64,000 nt of DNA. Source: Chrysiogenia bacterium. GTDB taxonomy: Bacteria > Acidobacteriota > Aminicenantia > UBA2199. This document shows, piece by piece, positions 54,357 to 63,359 of the stretch. The notes below the pieces were generated by a model. That model saw only the letters and a program-made list of their open reading frames with translations, made no database searches and was not told the DNA's origin. The stretch's first letter is position 1; each line of letters begins with the position of its first letter. The stretch covers positions 114,125 to 178,124 of the forward strand of contig JBDRQC010000008.1 of NCBI GenBank assembly GCA_043826505.1. The letters are read 5' to 3'. The position numbers and the translations under genes are program-made.

Positions 54357-57300
54357 ATGAAAAAGTACAAATTCCTTTTTACCGGCGGCGGCACCGGCGG
54401 CCACGTCTATCCCAATCTTGCTATCTTTGAAGCGCTGAAGGAAAAGTACCCCGATGCCGAGTTCCTTTATATTGGCACCAAAAAAGGCAGTGAATCTGCC
54501 ATTATCCGCGCCCTGCCCCAACCCATGGAATTTGTCCATGTCCCGTCCAGGGGGCTGCCGCAAAACGTCAGGAGTCTAAAAACTTTATTTTCCCTGACAG
54601 CCATTTTTTTTGGCGCGATCAAAAGCTTTTTCATTCTGCGCAAATTCAGGCCCGATATTATCATCGGCAGCGGCGGCTATGTGGCCGCCCCGGTATTGCT
54701 GGCCGCCGCCCTGCTCAAAATCAAGGTTTTTATCCATGAACAGAACGCGGTCCCCGGCCGGCTCAACCTTTTTGTGGCCCGCTTCGCCACCAGAATAGGC
54801 ATAGCTTTTCCTTCTACCGCATCTTTTTTTGAAAGCTCCAAAGTAACAGAGACCGGCTATCCGCTGCGCCGATCGATCCGTGGCCACGGCGAAGAAAACA
54901 ACCGGGAGAAATTCAATATTCCTTCAAGCTGCCGCGTGCTTTTCATTTTCAGCGGCAGCATGGGGGCGCGCACCATCAACCGCGCAGCCGCGGCGATCAT
55001 TCCGCGACTATTGTGCCTGCCCAACCTGTTCGTCATCATGTCCACCGGAAAGGCCTATGGCAAGGATTACAAAGCCTACGACGACACTGTGAAGATCCTG
55101 GAGCAGAAAGGGTATCCGCCAGAGATCGAAGGCCGGCTGCTGCTCAGGGAGTACTTCGACCACATCGACGAGATCTATGCCATGTCCGACCTGGTGGTCT
55201 CGCGGGCCGGGGCTGGCGCCATTCAGGAGATCACGACCATGGGCTTGCCGGCCCTTCTTGTCCCCAAGATAGACCTGCCGGCCGATCACCAGATCCTGAA
55301 CGCCCGCGAGATAGAAAAAATTGGCGGAGCCCGGATCCTTTACGAAGAGAGCGGCGGCGGCCGGAAAAAAAACGAGATCTTTCTTGCGCCCGATGCTTTT
55401 TACAATGCCATTGAGGAGATCATCGGCGCCCCTGAGCAACTGGGGTCGATGCGTAAAAACCTGCTTGCCGTGAACCGGCTGGACAGCACCGCGATCATCC
55501 TGAAAACCGTTGAAGAGATAATCGCCAAAAACCACAGCCATGAAAGGGAGATCCGCGTTTTTTACCTGCAGTCCCTGGAAGAAGAAAAAAACTTTGAACT
55601 GCCTTTCACCCGCACCAGCGTGGGCAACACTTTCCTTAGCGATGTCATGCTGGAAAACATCGGTTCAAGCGTGCGCTTCGAGATCAGTTTTCTGAAGGAT
55701 GAGGAACAGTCGGCCATGATCCGGCGCCGCAAGGGCCGCGTCCAGCTGAATGGTCGAGAAATCACCGGCTTGAGGCCCCTGAAGCCCGATGACCGCATCA
55801 GCGTCCACGGCCGTACTTATATTTATAAAAGTTTCCTTGAGAAAACCAGGGCCAACAGCCATGATGACATGGCCGCTTCCGGAAAAAGAGGCTCCGCTTC
55901 CTCGGCCATGGCATCCCTTCTGCTCGCTTTCGGCCGTGAGATCGCTGCCGCGGCCCTGTTCGGGGCCGGCAAAGCCATGGATATCTTCTCCATTGCCCGG
56001 ACCGTCGTTGGTTTCCTGTCGCGCCTGCTGGGCAGCAGCGCCATGAAAAAAGCCTTCATGCCGATCTTTTCACGCCTGTTCCAGCGCGGCCCCCGCAAAA
56101 AAGCCTGGGAAGCGGTAGCGCCCCTGATCACTTGCACTATGCTGCTTTCACTGCTGCTCACCACTGCCGGTATGCTCTTGGCTCCGGTCATCATCGCTTT
56201 CCTGTTCCCCGGCCTCGCCGCCCATGGTCTGAGCAATGAAGCCACACACATGATCCGCGTCCTGCTTCCCGGTCTGTTCCTGGGCACGCTGGCAGCCATC
56301 CTTGCTGGATATTTGCAGACTTTCCACAGATCCGCCAGCGTCGGGTTCGCGACCATGCTTTTTGCCGCCGGCACCATTCTCGGCATTTTCCTGTTCAGGC
56401 CGGGCAGCGGTTCATTTTCCCTGGCCTACGGAGTCCTGTTCGGCTATTTGCTGCAAATCCTTTTCCTCATGCCTTTGCTGCTTAAAACCATCAGCCGGCC
56501 GCTGCTGGAGTTCACCTTCCAGCCGTCCCTTAAAATCAACAGCAGCGTCGGACGCAAGTACGTTACCCAGCTCGCCCCGGTCGGGCTGGGCGGAGTTCTG
56601 ACCCGCGGCCCGGAGCTGGTTGACAAGTTCGTAGCATCATCCCTGCGCGTCGGTTCGCTCTCCTTCCTCTACTTTGCCATGGAGATATTCCGCCTGCCTT
56701 TTGTTTTGCTGGCCAAAACCATCAACCGCGCCATTTTAAGGGATTTTTCCGAATCCACCGCCCTGTTGGACAAAGACAAGACAAAAATATTCTTCATCGA
56801 CGCTATCCGCATCAACCTGTTCCTGCTGGCCCCCGCCTCCATCCTGATGGTCACCCTGGCCAAACCCATCGTGTCGCTGCTTTTGCAAAGGTTTAACTTC
56901 AGCGCCCATGCGGTGTCCAGCACGTCCCTGGCCCTGCAATTCTATGCCATCGGCCTGATCGGCTGGGGCATTCACAATCTGACCACGAGATTCTTCGCAG
57001 CGCGCCTGGAAAACCGGACCTCGATGTTCCTCGACTTTTTCCTCTTGGCTTTCCATCTGCCGCTGGTCATCCTGCTGGCAGGCACTTCTTTGCGATTTGC
57101 CGGCATCGCCCTGGCCACCTCCATTTCCTATCTCACTTTCGCGCTGATCCGCGTCGCGGTCGTCAGGCACAAGCTGAAGCGGGACGGTGTCAAGGTAGCA
57201 TACAGGGAGATACTCTCGGCTGCCGGCAAAACCCTTTGCGCCTGCCTGCTGATGGTCATCGCCATCAGCGAGGCCCAATTCGTCTTCAAGCGCATCCAGT

Positions 57301-58133
57301 TCAATTCTCCCACCTTAAAAAATATAATTCTTTGCCTGTCGCTGACCTTTATGGGCACGGCCATTTACTTTTTGTCTTCGCTGATCTTCAAAAACACCGG
57401 AATTCTGATCTTCAAAAGAAGAGGCGGCGGCAGCCGCCCGGGCGTTCCCATTTCCCTGCTTTCACCGTTCCGGTTCATGGAAACCGTGAGCGCCAATCCC
57501 GAATTCTACAAGACGGAATTCCGCTACAAGATCAACCTGTACCTCTCCAACCCCAGCTGGGAGATTAAAAATATCGGCATCAAGCTGATCGGCCTCTTCA
57601 AGGAAAAAAGCAAGAGCGCTTACCTGGTCGACATGCTGAGCGCAGGCCAGGGCAACGGCTTCATGCGCCGCAACGCCCTGGTTTCCCTGAAGGCGATCGG
57701 CCACTGGAACGACGAAACAAAAGAACTGCTGCTGCGCCTGCTCAAAGACGGTTATTTCGAAGTACGCGCGGCTGCCCTGGATTACCTGGGACAGCATATC
57801 AGCGAAAGCGAATACGGCGAATTGCAGAAGACCATCCAGCGCCGGCTTGCCCACGGCAGTATTGATGAAAAGATCGCCTGTTTGCGGCTCATGGCGCGCA
57901 AGGGGAATCTAAGCGACCTGCCGGGGCTGCAGCGTCTGTACCTGCACAACAACTCACTGCTCCGCGAAGAGGTCCTGGAGCTTCTGTATTCTTATTATCG
58001 CCGCAATCTGCTTAGCGGCTCGGACATCAAGGATCAGCTGCAGCAGGTGCTGATCACCTCCGACCATTTGTCACCTGAATTCAGGATCAAGGCCATTATC
58101 AAGCGTATTTACAAGGAGATCGATCACCCATGA
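54357..58133 (+). CDS. murG: Fusion protein: MurG + FHA-like + MurJ/MviN + HEAT repeats (1258 aa)
   Basis: MurG motifs TGGGTGGHVYP, GSGGYVAAP, HEQNAVPG, GSMGA, SRAGAG, DHQILNA (aa 1-391). MurJ-like GREIAAAALFGAG...MDIF with about 14 TMs (aa 510-1012). HEAT-like LLKDGYFEVRAAALDYLG. Single uninterrupted ORF. Confidence 0.9.
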   Translation: MKKYKFLFTGGGTGGHVYPNLAIFEALKEKYPDAEFLYIGTKKGSESAIIRALPQPMEFVHVPSRGLPQNVRSLKTLFSLTAIFFGAIKSFFILRKFRPDIIIGSGGYVAAPVLLAAALLKIKVFIHEQNAVPGRLNLFVARFATRIGIAFPSTASFFESSKVTETGYPLRRSIRGHGEENNREKFNIPSSCRVLFIFSGSMGARTINRAAAAIIPRLLCLPNLFVIMSTGKAYGKDYKAYDDTVKILEQKGYPPEIEGRLLLREYFDHIDEIYAMSDLVVSRAGAGAIQEITTMGLPALLVPKIDLPADHQILNAREIEKIGGARILYEESGGGRKKNEIFLAPDAFYNAIEEIIGAPEQLGSMRKNLLAVNRLDSTAIILKTVEEIIAKNHSHEREIRVFYLQSLEEEKNFELPFTRTSVGNTFLSDVMLENIGSSVRFEISFLKDEEQSAMIRRRKGRVQLNGREITGLRPLKPDDRISVHGRTYIYKSFLEKTRANSHDDMAASGKRGSASSAMASLLLAFGREIAAAALFGAGKAMDIFSIARTVVGFLSRLLGSSAMKKAFMPIFSRLFQRGPRKKAWEAVAPLITCTMLLSLLLTTAGMLLAPVIIAFLFPGLAAHGLSNEATHMIRVLLPGLFLGTLAAILAGYLQTFHRSASVGFATMLFAAGTILGIFLFRPGSGSFSLAYGVLFGYLLQILFLMPLLLKTISRPLLEFTFQPSLKINSSVGRKYVTQLAPVGLGGVLTRGPELVDKFVASSLRVGSLSFLYFAMEIFRLPFVLLAKTINRAILRDFSESTALLDKDKTKIFFIDAIRINLFLLAPASILMVTLAKPIVSLLLQRFNFSAHAVSSTSLALQFYAIGLIGWGIHNLTTRFFAARLENRTSMFLDFFLLAFHLPLVILLAGTSLRFAGIALATSISYLTFALIRVAVVRHKLKRDGVKVAYREILSAAGKTLCACLLMVIAISEAQFVFKRIQFNSPTLKNIILCLSLTFMGTAIYFLSSLIFKNTGILIFKRRGGGSRPGVPISLLSPFRFMETVSANPEFYKTEFRYKINLYLSNPSWEIKNIGIKLIGLFKEKSKSAYLVDMLSAGQGNGFMRRNALVSLKAIGHWNDETKELLLRLLKDGYFEVRAAALDYLGQHISESEYGELQKTIQRRLAHGSIDEKIACLRLMARKGNLSDLPGLQRLYLHNNSLLREEVLELLYSYYRRNLLSGSDIKDQLQQVLITSDHLSPEFRIKAIIKRIYKEIDHP

Positions 58134-59236
58134 TCATCTGGATCAGCGAATTCTTTGTCAACCTTCCCGGCCAGAGGCTGATGACCTACATTACCTTCAG
58201 GGCCCTGATGGCCGTGCTCACCTCTTTTGTCATCGGCATCCTGCTGGGGCGCCGAGTGATCCACGCCATCTACCAGCTGAACTTCCGCGATCGGGCCAGG
58301 GATTTCGGCGACATGTCGTCCCGCAACAAGGACGGCACTCCGACCATGGGCGGTTTGATCATCTTTTTTTCCCTGCTGATATCGGTGCTGCTCTGGGGCA
58401 GTTGGAAAAAGCCGAACGATTTTTTTCTGGGCACCATGATTTTTACCGCTTTCTGGTTCACGGCCCTGGGTTTTTTTGACGATTACCTGAAAAATATCCG
58501 CGGTTCAAGCGACCTGGGCATGAACCGCGGCCTGAAGCTTTTTCTGCAGGCCCTGTTCGGTCTGATCCTCGGCCTGCTGCTGCTGGCCTCGGAAGCCTCT
58601 CCCTTTGCTCCCGAGATAGCCGGCAAGCTGTTTGTCCCTTTCCTGAAAAACCCACTGCTCGACCTGGGTATCTTCTATTATCCATTTATTATCCTGGTCA
58701 TCATCGCCATCGCCAATTCCATTAATTTCGCCGACGGGCTCGACGGCCTGGCCACGGTTCCGGCCGGACTGCTGCTGGCGGTCTACGCAGTTTTCGCTTA
58801 CATCATCGGCAATTCCAAGGCAGCAAAATACCTGTGGTTCCCTTTCATCAACGGTTCGGGCGAATTGGTTGTAATCCTGGCCGCCCTTATAGGCGCCCTG
58901 GCCGCTTTCCTCTGGTTTAATGCCTACCCGGCTGAAATATTCATGGGCGACACCGGCTCGCTGCTGATCGGCGGCGTCATCGCCACCGCGGCGGTGCTGC
59001 TCAAGCATGAGTTGCTTTTCCTGATCGCCGGCGGTGTATTTGTCATCGAGTTTCTTTCTGTTTTTATACAGGACTACATCGGAATCAAACTGATCAAGCG
59101 CCGCATCTTTTACCGCGCCCCCATCCACCACACCTATCAGTTCCTGGGCATCGCCGAACCCAAGATCGTCATCCGCTTCTGGATCCTGGCGGTGATCTTC
59201 ACCCTGATCAGCCTGATCAGCATCAAGCTGCGCTGA
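58130..59236 (+). CDS. mraY: Phospho-N-acetylmuramoyl-pentapeptide transferase
   Basis: KDGTPTMGG, LGFFDDY, NSINFADGLDGL, WFNAYPAEIFMGDTGSL, RAPIHHTY. Overlaps the fusion stop (ATGA). Confidence 0.95.
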   Translation: MIIWISEFFVNLPGQRLMTYITFRALMAVLTSFVIGILLGRRVIHAIYQLNFRDRARDFGDMSSRNKDGTPTMGGLIIFFSLLISVLLWGSWKKPNDFFLGTMIFTAFWFTALGFFDDYLKNIRGSSDLGMNRGLKLFLQALFGLILGLLLLASEASPFAPEIAGKLFVPFLKNPLLDLGIFYYPFIILVIIAIANSINFADGLDGLATVPAGLLLAVYAVFAYIIGNSKAAKYLWFPFINGSGELVVILAALIGALAAFLWFNAYPAEIFMGDTGSLLIGGVIATAAVLLKHELLFLIAGGVFVIEFLSVFIQDYIGIKLIKRRIFYRAPIHHTYQFLGIAEPKIVIRFWILAVIFTLISLISIKLR

Positions 59237-59257
59237 AAAACAACCACGGAGTCCATC

Positions 59258-62128
59258 ATGTTCGCCAGAAAAACTATTGTAGCTAAAAAAAAGCAAAGCC
59301 GCCTGGACTGGCACTCGCTGAGCGCCGAGGACATTGCGCGCCAGCTGGCCACCCCCGTCGAAGCGGGGCTGGACAGCCGCGAAGCGGCCAGACGCCAGGC
59401 AATGTACGGACCCAACCAGATCGCGGCCTTGCCCCGTCCCACTTTCCTGCAGCTGCTGCTTGCCCAGTTCAACAACTTCATTGTCTTGCTCCTGATCGCG
59501 GCCGCGTCCATATCGGGGCTGCTGGGCGAATGGATCGAAGCGGTGGCCATCCTGGCCATCGTTGTCCTGAACGCCACCCTGGGGGTGATCCAGGACCGCC
59601 GCGCCGAGGAGGCGCTGGCCGCCCTGAAAAAACTGGCGGCCCCGGAAGCGCAGGTGCTGCGCGACGGCTCGCGCCGGGCCATTCCCAGCCCGGAGATCGT
59701 TCCCGGAGATATCGTTTTCATTGAGGCGGGAAACTTTGTCCCGGCCGACCTGCGCCTGGTGGAAGCGGTGAACCTGCGCCTGGAAGAAGCCGCCCTGACC
59801 GGCGAATCGGTGCCGGTGCAGAAAGACGCCAATATCCGCCTGGAAGCCAATGTGCCCCTTGGCGACCGCAGGAACACGGCTTTCATGGGCACCCTGGTCA
59901 ACTCGGGTCGCGGCCGTGGTATCGTGGTTTCCACGGGCATGCATACGCAAATAGGCCTGATCGCCGAGATGCTGCAAAACGTAAAGGAGGAGACCACGCC
60001 GCTGCAAAAGCGCCTGGATGGGTTGGGCAAGGTGCTGGGAGGCGCCGCCCTGGCGGTCTGCGCCCTGGTGTTTGCCATCGGCTGGATGCGCGGTCATGCG
60101 CCCCTGGAAATGTTCATGCTGGCCGTGGGCCTGGCCATCGCCGCCGTTCCCGAGGGCTTGCCGGCGGTGGTCACCATAAGCCTGGCGCTGGGCATGCGTG
60201 AAATGGTCAAGCGCCACGCCTTGATCCGCCGTTTGTCGTCAGTGGAAACCCTGGGCTCGACCACTGTCATCTGCTCGGACAAGACCGGCACCCTGACCCA
60301 GAACAAGATGACCGTAACCCGCATGTGGGCCGACGGCAAATTCCTTGATGTGAGCGGATCGGACCATGCCCTGAAGGGTGATTTCCTGGCCCAGGGCCAA
60401 CCCGTGCAGCTGACCGACTTTCAGGCTATCCTGACCGCCCTGTGGGTTGGCGCCCTGAACAACGATGCCCATCTTGAAGTCTCGGGCGAAAGCAGCGTCG
60501 CTGGTATGAGCTACCGCATGGTGGGCGACCCGACCGAGGGCGCCCTGCTGGTGGCGGCGGCCAAGGCCGGCGCCCTGCCCCGGCCGTTGAACCAGGCCTA
60601 TCCGCGCGTGGCCGAGATACCCTTTGACTCGACGCGCAAGAACATGGTGACGGTGCACCACATCCTGCATCCGCATCCCGAGGACATCTCCCCCTTCGAC
60701 GAGCAAAAGCTCTACAGCGGCTACGTGATCGCCGTCAAAGGCGCTCCCGACATGGTGTTGAACCTTTGCTCGCGCTACCAGTGTCATGACGACAGCAGCG
60801 CCTCCCTGGATGACGCCCGCCGCCGCCAGATACTGGAAGCCAACGAGACCATGACCCGCGGCGCCCTGCGCGTGCTCGGCCTGGCCTATCGGGTCGAACG
60901 CGAACTCCCCGACGTCAGCGATATTCGCAACATCGAAAAGGACCTGGTCTTTGTCGGCCTGACCGGCATGATCGATCCACCGCGCCCGGAAGCGGCGCCT
61001 GCCCTGGCCCAGGCCGGCCAAGCCGGCATCCGCACCATTATGATCACCGGCGACTTCCCCAACACGGCCCGGGCCATCGCAGACAGCATCGGGCTGCTAA
61101 GGGCCGGCCGCCAGGTGCTGACCGGAAAAGACATCGACGCCCTGAGCGACGCCGAACTGGAAGCGAGCGTGAATAACACCGATGTGTTCGCCCGCGTCTC
61201 CCCGGAAAACAAGCTGCGCATCGTCAACGCCCTGCGCGCCAACAGCGAGGTAGTGGCCATGACCGGAGACGGTGTCAACGACGCCCCCTCGATCAAGGCC
61301 GCCGACATCGGAGTGGCCATGGGCATCACCGGCACCGACGTGGCCAAGGAAAGCGCCGACATGGTGCTCACCGACGACAACTACGCCAGCATTGTTTCGG
61401 CCGTTGAGCAGGGGCGCATCATCTACGACAACATCCGCAAATTCGTATTCTACCTCCTCTCTTCGAACGTGGCCGAGATCATGATCATTTTCCTGGCCAT
61501 GCTGGCCGGCCTGCCCTCGCCGCTGACCGTCATCCAGCTGCTGTGGTTGAACCTGATCACCGACGGCGCCCCGGCCCTGGCCCTGGCCATGGAGAAAGGG
61601 GATCCCGACATCATGCGCCGCCAACCGCGGCCGCCGCGCGAACCGGTGATCAATGCCAATATGCGCCTGGGCATACTGATCCAGACCTTCACCCAGACCG
61701 GGGCCGTGCTGACGGCGTTCGCGCTGGGGCTGCTCTGGCACCTGCGCGCCGGCGACGTTATTCCGCCCGGGGCCAACCCCATGGCCTTCCTTCTGCGCTA
61801 CGACTGGCGCGGCCTGGACGTGCAGAACGCCGAGACCATGGCCTTCATGACCCTTTCCCTGTGCGAGCTTTTCCGCGCCTACACCGTGCGCTCGGAACGC
61901 ATCTCGCTTTTCAGGCTCGGGATCTTCTCCAACCGCTATATGCAGGCAGCGGTCGCACTTTCCTTTACCCTGCTCCTGCTGGTTGTCAGCGTGCCGTTCC
62001 TGCAGCCGGTATTCAACACCCATTTGCCCAGCCTCCGGGAGCTGTGGGTAGTGTTGGGGTTGGCGCTTGTGCCGGCTATGGCTGAGGAGTTGACGAAGTT
62101 GTATCTCCGGCACAGGGATCGGAAATAG
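59258..62128 (+). CDS. Cation-translocating P-type ATPase (P2A, Ca2+-type)
   Basis: [50 protein letters not shown]. Confidence 0.93.
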   Translation: MFARKTIVAKKKQSRLDWHSLSAEDIARQLATPVEAGLDSREAARRQAMYGPNQIAALPRPTFLQLLLAQFNNFIVLLLIAAASISGLLGEWIEAVAILAIVVLNATLGVIQDRRAEEALAALKKLAAPEAQVLRDGSRRAIPSPEIVPGDIVFIEAGNFVPADLRLVEAVNLRLEEAALTGESVPVQKDANIRLEANVPLGDRRNTAFMGTLVNSGRGRGIVVSTGMHTQIGLIAEMLQNVKEETTPLQKRLDGLGKVLGGAALAVCALVFAIGWMRGHAPLEMFMLAVGLAIAAVPEGLPAVVTISLALGMREMVKRHALIRRLSSVETLGSTTVICSDKTGTLTQNKMTVTRMWADGKFLDVSGSDHALKGDFLAQGQPVQLTDFQAILTALWVGALNNDAHLEVSGESSVAGMSYRMVGDPTEGALLVAAAKAGALPRPLNQAYPRVAEIPFDSTRKNMVTVHHILHPHPEDISPFDEQKLYSGYVIAVKGAPDMVLNLCSRYQCHDDSSASLDDARRRQILEANETMTRGALRVLGLAYRVERELPDVSDIRNIEKDLVFVGLTGMIDPPRPEAAPALAQAGQAGIRTIMITGDFPNTARAIADSIGLLRAGRQVLTGKDIDALSDAELEASVNNTDVFARVSPENKLRIVNALRANSEVVAMTGDGVNDAPSIKAADIGVAMGITGTDVAKESADMVLTDDNYASIVSAVEQGRIIYDNIRKFVFYLLSSNVAEIMIIFLAMLAGLPSPLTVIQLLWLNLITDGAPALALAMEKGDPDIMRRQPRPPREPVINANMRLGILIQTFTQTGAVLTAFALGLLWHLRAGDVIPPGANPMAFLLRYDWRGLDVQNAETMAFMTLSLCELFRAYTVRSERISLFRLGIFSNRYMQAAVALSFTLLLLVVSVPFLQPVFNTHLPSLRELWVVLGLALVPAMAEELTKLYLRHRDRK

Positions 62129-62130
62129 TA

Positions 62131-62294
62131 CTCGGCGTACGGCTGACGGCTGACGGTAAGAGAAAATAGCGATATTCCGAAATTCCAGAAGTTTATTCTA
62201 GGGTTCTTGCCGAAAAAACCATATGCGATGCTCCTTACATCGAGTCCCGGTTTACTTCCTACCGTAAACCGTACGCCGTCTACCGTACACCAAG
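62131..62294. repeat. ACGG-heptamer inverted-repeat element
   Basis: TCGG at 62132 and ACGG at 62139/62146/62153; CCGT at 62262/62269/62276/62283 and CCAA at 62290. Confidence 0.85.
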
Positions 62295-62304
62295 CTCTGC
62301 GCAC

Positions 62305-62333
62305 TTGATTAAAAGTCAATTCTGCGCTACAAT
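62305..62333 (+). promoter_or_regulatory. sigma70-type promoter of lepB (near-leaderless)
   Basis: TTGATT (62305-62310), 17 bp, TACAAT (62328-62333), then 8 nt to ATG; no SD. Confidence 0.6.
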
Positions 62334-62341
62334 CATCTCAT

Positions 62342-63115
62342 ATGAAAAACCCATTCAAGCGCAAGCCCAAAGTGAAAAAAGAGCGCACAGTCTCGGTCGG
62401 TCGCGAGTATTTCGAGCTCATAGTCGAGACCCTGATATACGTCTTTTTTGTCAACACCTTCCTGCTGCAATCGTTCGTCATCCCCACGGCCTCAATGGAA
62501 AAAACGCTGCTCATAGGCGACCACCTTTTGGTCAACAAGGTGGCCTATTCCAATTCGATCAGCCCGGTCGGCAGACTGCTGCTGCCCCAGGTCAAGATCC
62601 AGCGCGGCATGGTAGTCACCTTCAAGGCCCCGCCCGACATGGAAAAAGAATACGTCAAGCGCGTGATCGGCATGCCCGGCGACCGGCTGTGCATCAGCGA
62701 CAAAAAAGTCTTCGTCAATGGCCTGGAGCTGGCTGAAAGCTACACGGTTTTCAAGAACGAGGACTATGGCGCCTCATTCCCGCCGCGCAACCATTACGAC
62801 TGGTATTTCCAGTTTCCCTTCAACCTGCGCCAGACGCAGAAAAACCCGGACGGCAGCGTGGATTACATCGTTCCGGCGGGCCATTATTTCTGCATGGGCG
62901 ACAACCGCGACAATTCCTTCGATTCGCGTTTCTGGGGCCCGGTGCCGGCCAATTACATAGTGGGCAGACCCTGGCGCATATACTGGTCTTATGAATCCAA
63001 TTCCGATGAATACCTGACCCCAGGATTTATTTACAAGATCAAGGACCTGGCCCTGACCGTGGCGCGTTTTTTCACCCGTACCCGGTGGGAGAGGACCATC
63101 AAGGCTATAAAATAA
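62342..63115 (+). CDS. lepB: Signal peptidase I
   Basis: IPTASMEKTLLIGD (Ser), YVKRVIGMPGD (Lys), GDNRDNSFDSRFWG. Confidence 0.95.
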   Translation: MKNPFKRKPKVKKERTVSVGREYFELIVETLIYVFFVNTFLLQSFVIPTASMEKTLLIGDHLLVNKVAYSNSISPVGRLLLPQVKIQRGMVVTFKAPPDMEKEYVKRVIGMPGDRLCISDKKVFVNGLELAESYTVFKNEDYGASFPPRNHYDWYFQFPFNLRQTQKNPDGSVDYIVPAGHYFCMGDNRDNSFDSRFWGPVPANYIVGRPWRIYWSYESNSDEYLTPGFIYKIKDLALTVARFFTRTRWERTIKAIK

Positions 63116-63129
63116 GCTTAATAAGCTTG

Positions 63130-63349
63130 GTGACAAGTGACCAATGACATGAGAAGATTAAAATTCCAAATCACAAATCCCAAATTCCAAATAAATTACA
63201 AGTTCCAAATTCCAATGTCCAAAACGAAAGCCCTTGAAAACTCGTTTTCCTTGTTTTGGTCATTTGGTTATTGGTGCTTGGTGCTTGTTTGTGATTTGGT
63301 GCTTGTAATTTGGAATTTTAGTTTTCCACGTCACGCGTCACGCGTCACG
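63130..63349. repeat. Nested inverted-repeat element (GTGAC outer arms, CAAAT inner arms)
   Basis: TAAAATTCCAAAT (63159-63171) is complementary to ATTTGGAATTTTA (63308-63320). Outer GTGACAAGTGACCAATGAC versus GTCACGCGTCACGCGTCAC. Confidence 0.8.
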
Positions 63350-63359
63350 ACTTGATTTC

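Noticed and set aside
13511-63349. Periodic repeats as a possible CRISPR array
   Set aside because: Units are 6-8 nt and degenerate, there are no 23-47-nt repeats with unique spacers, and no cas genes.
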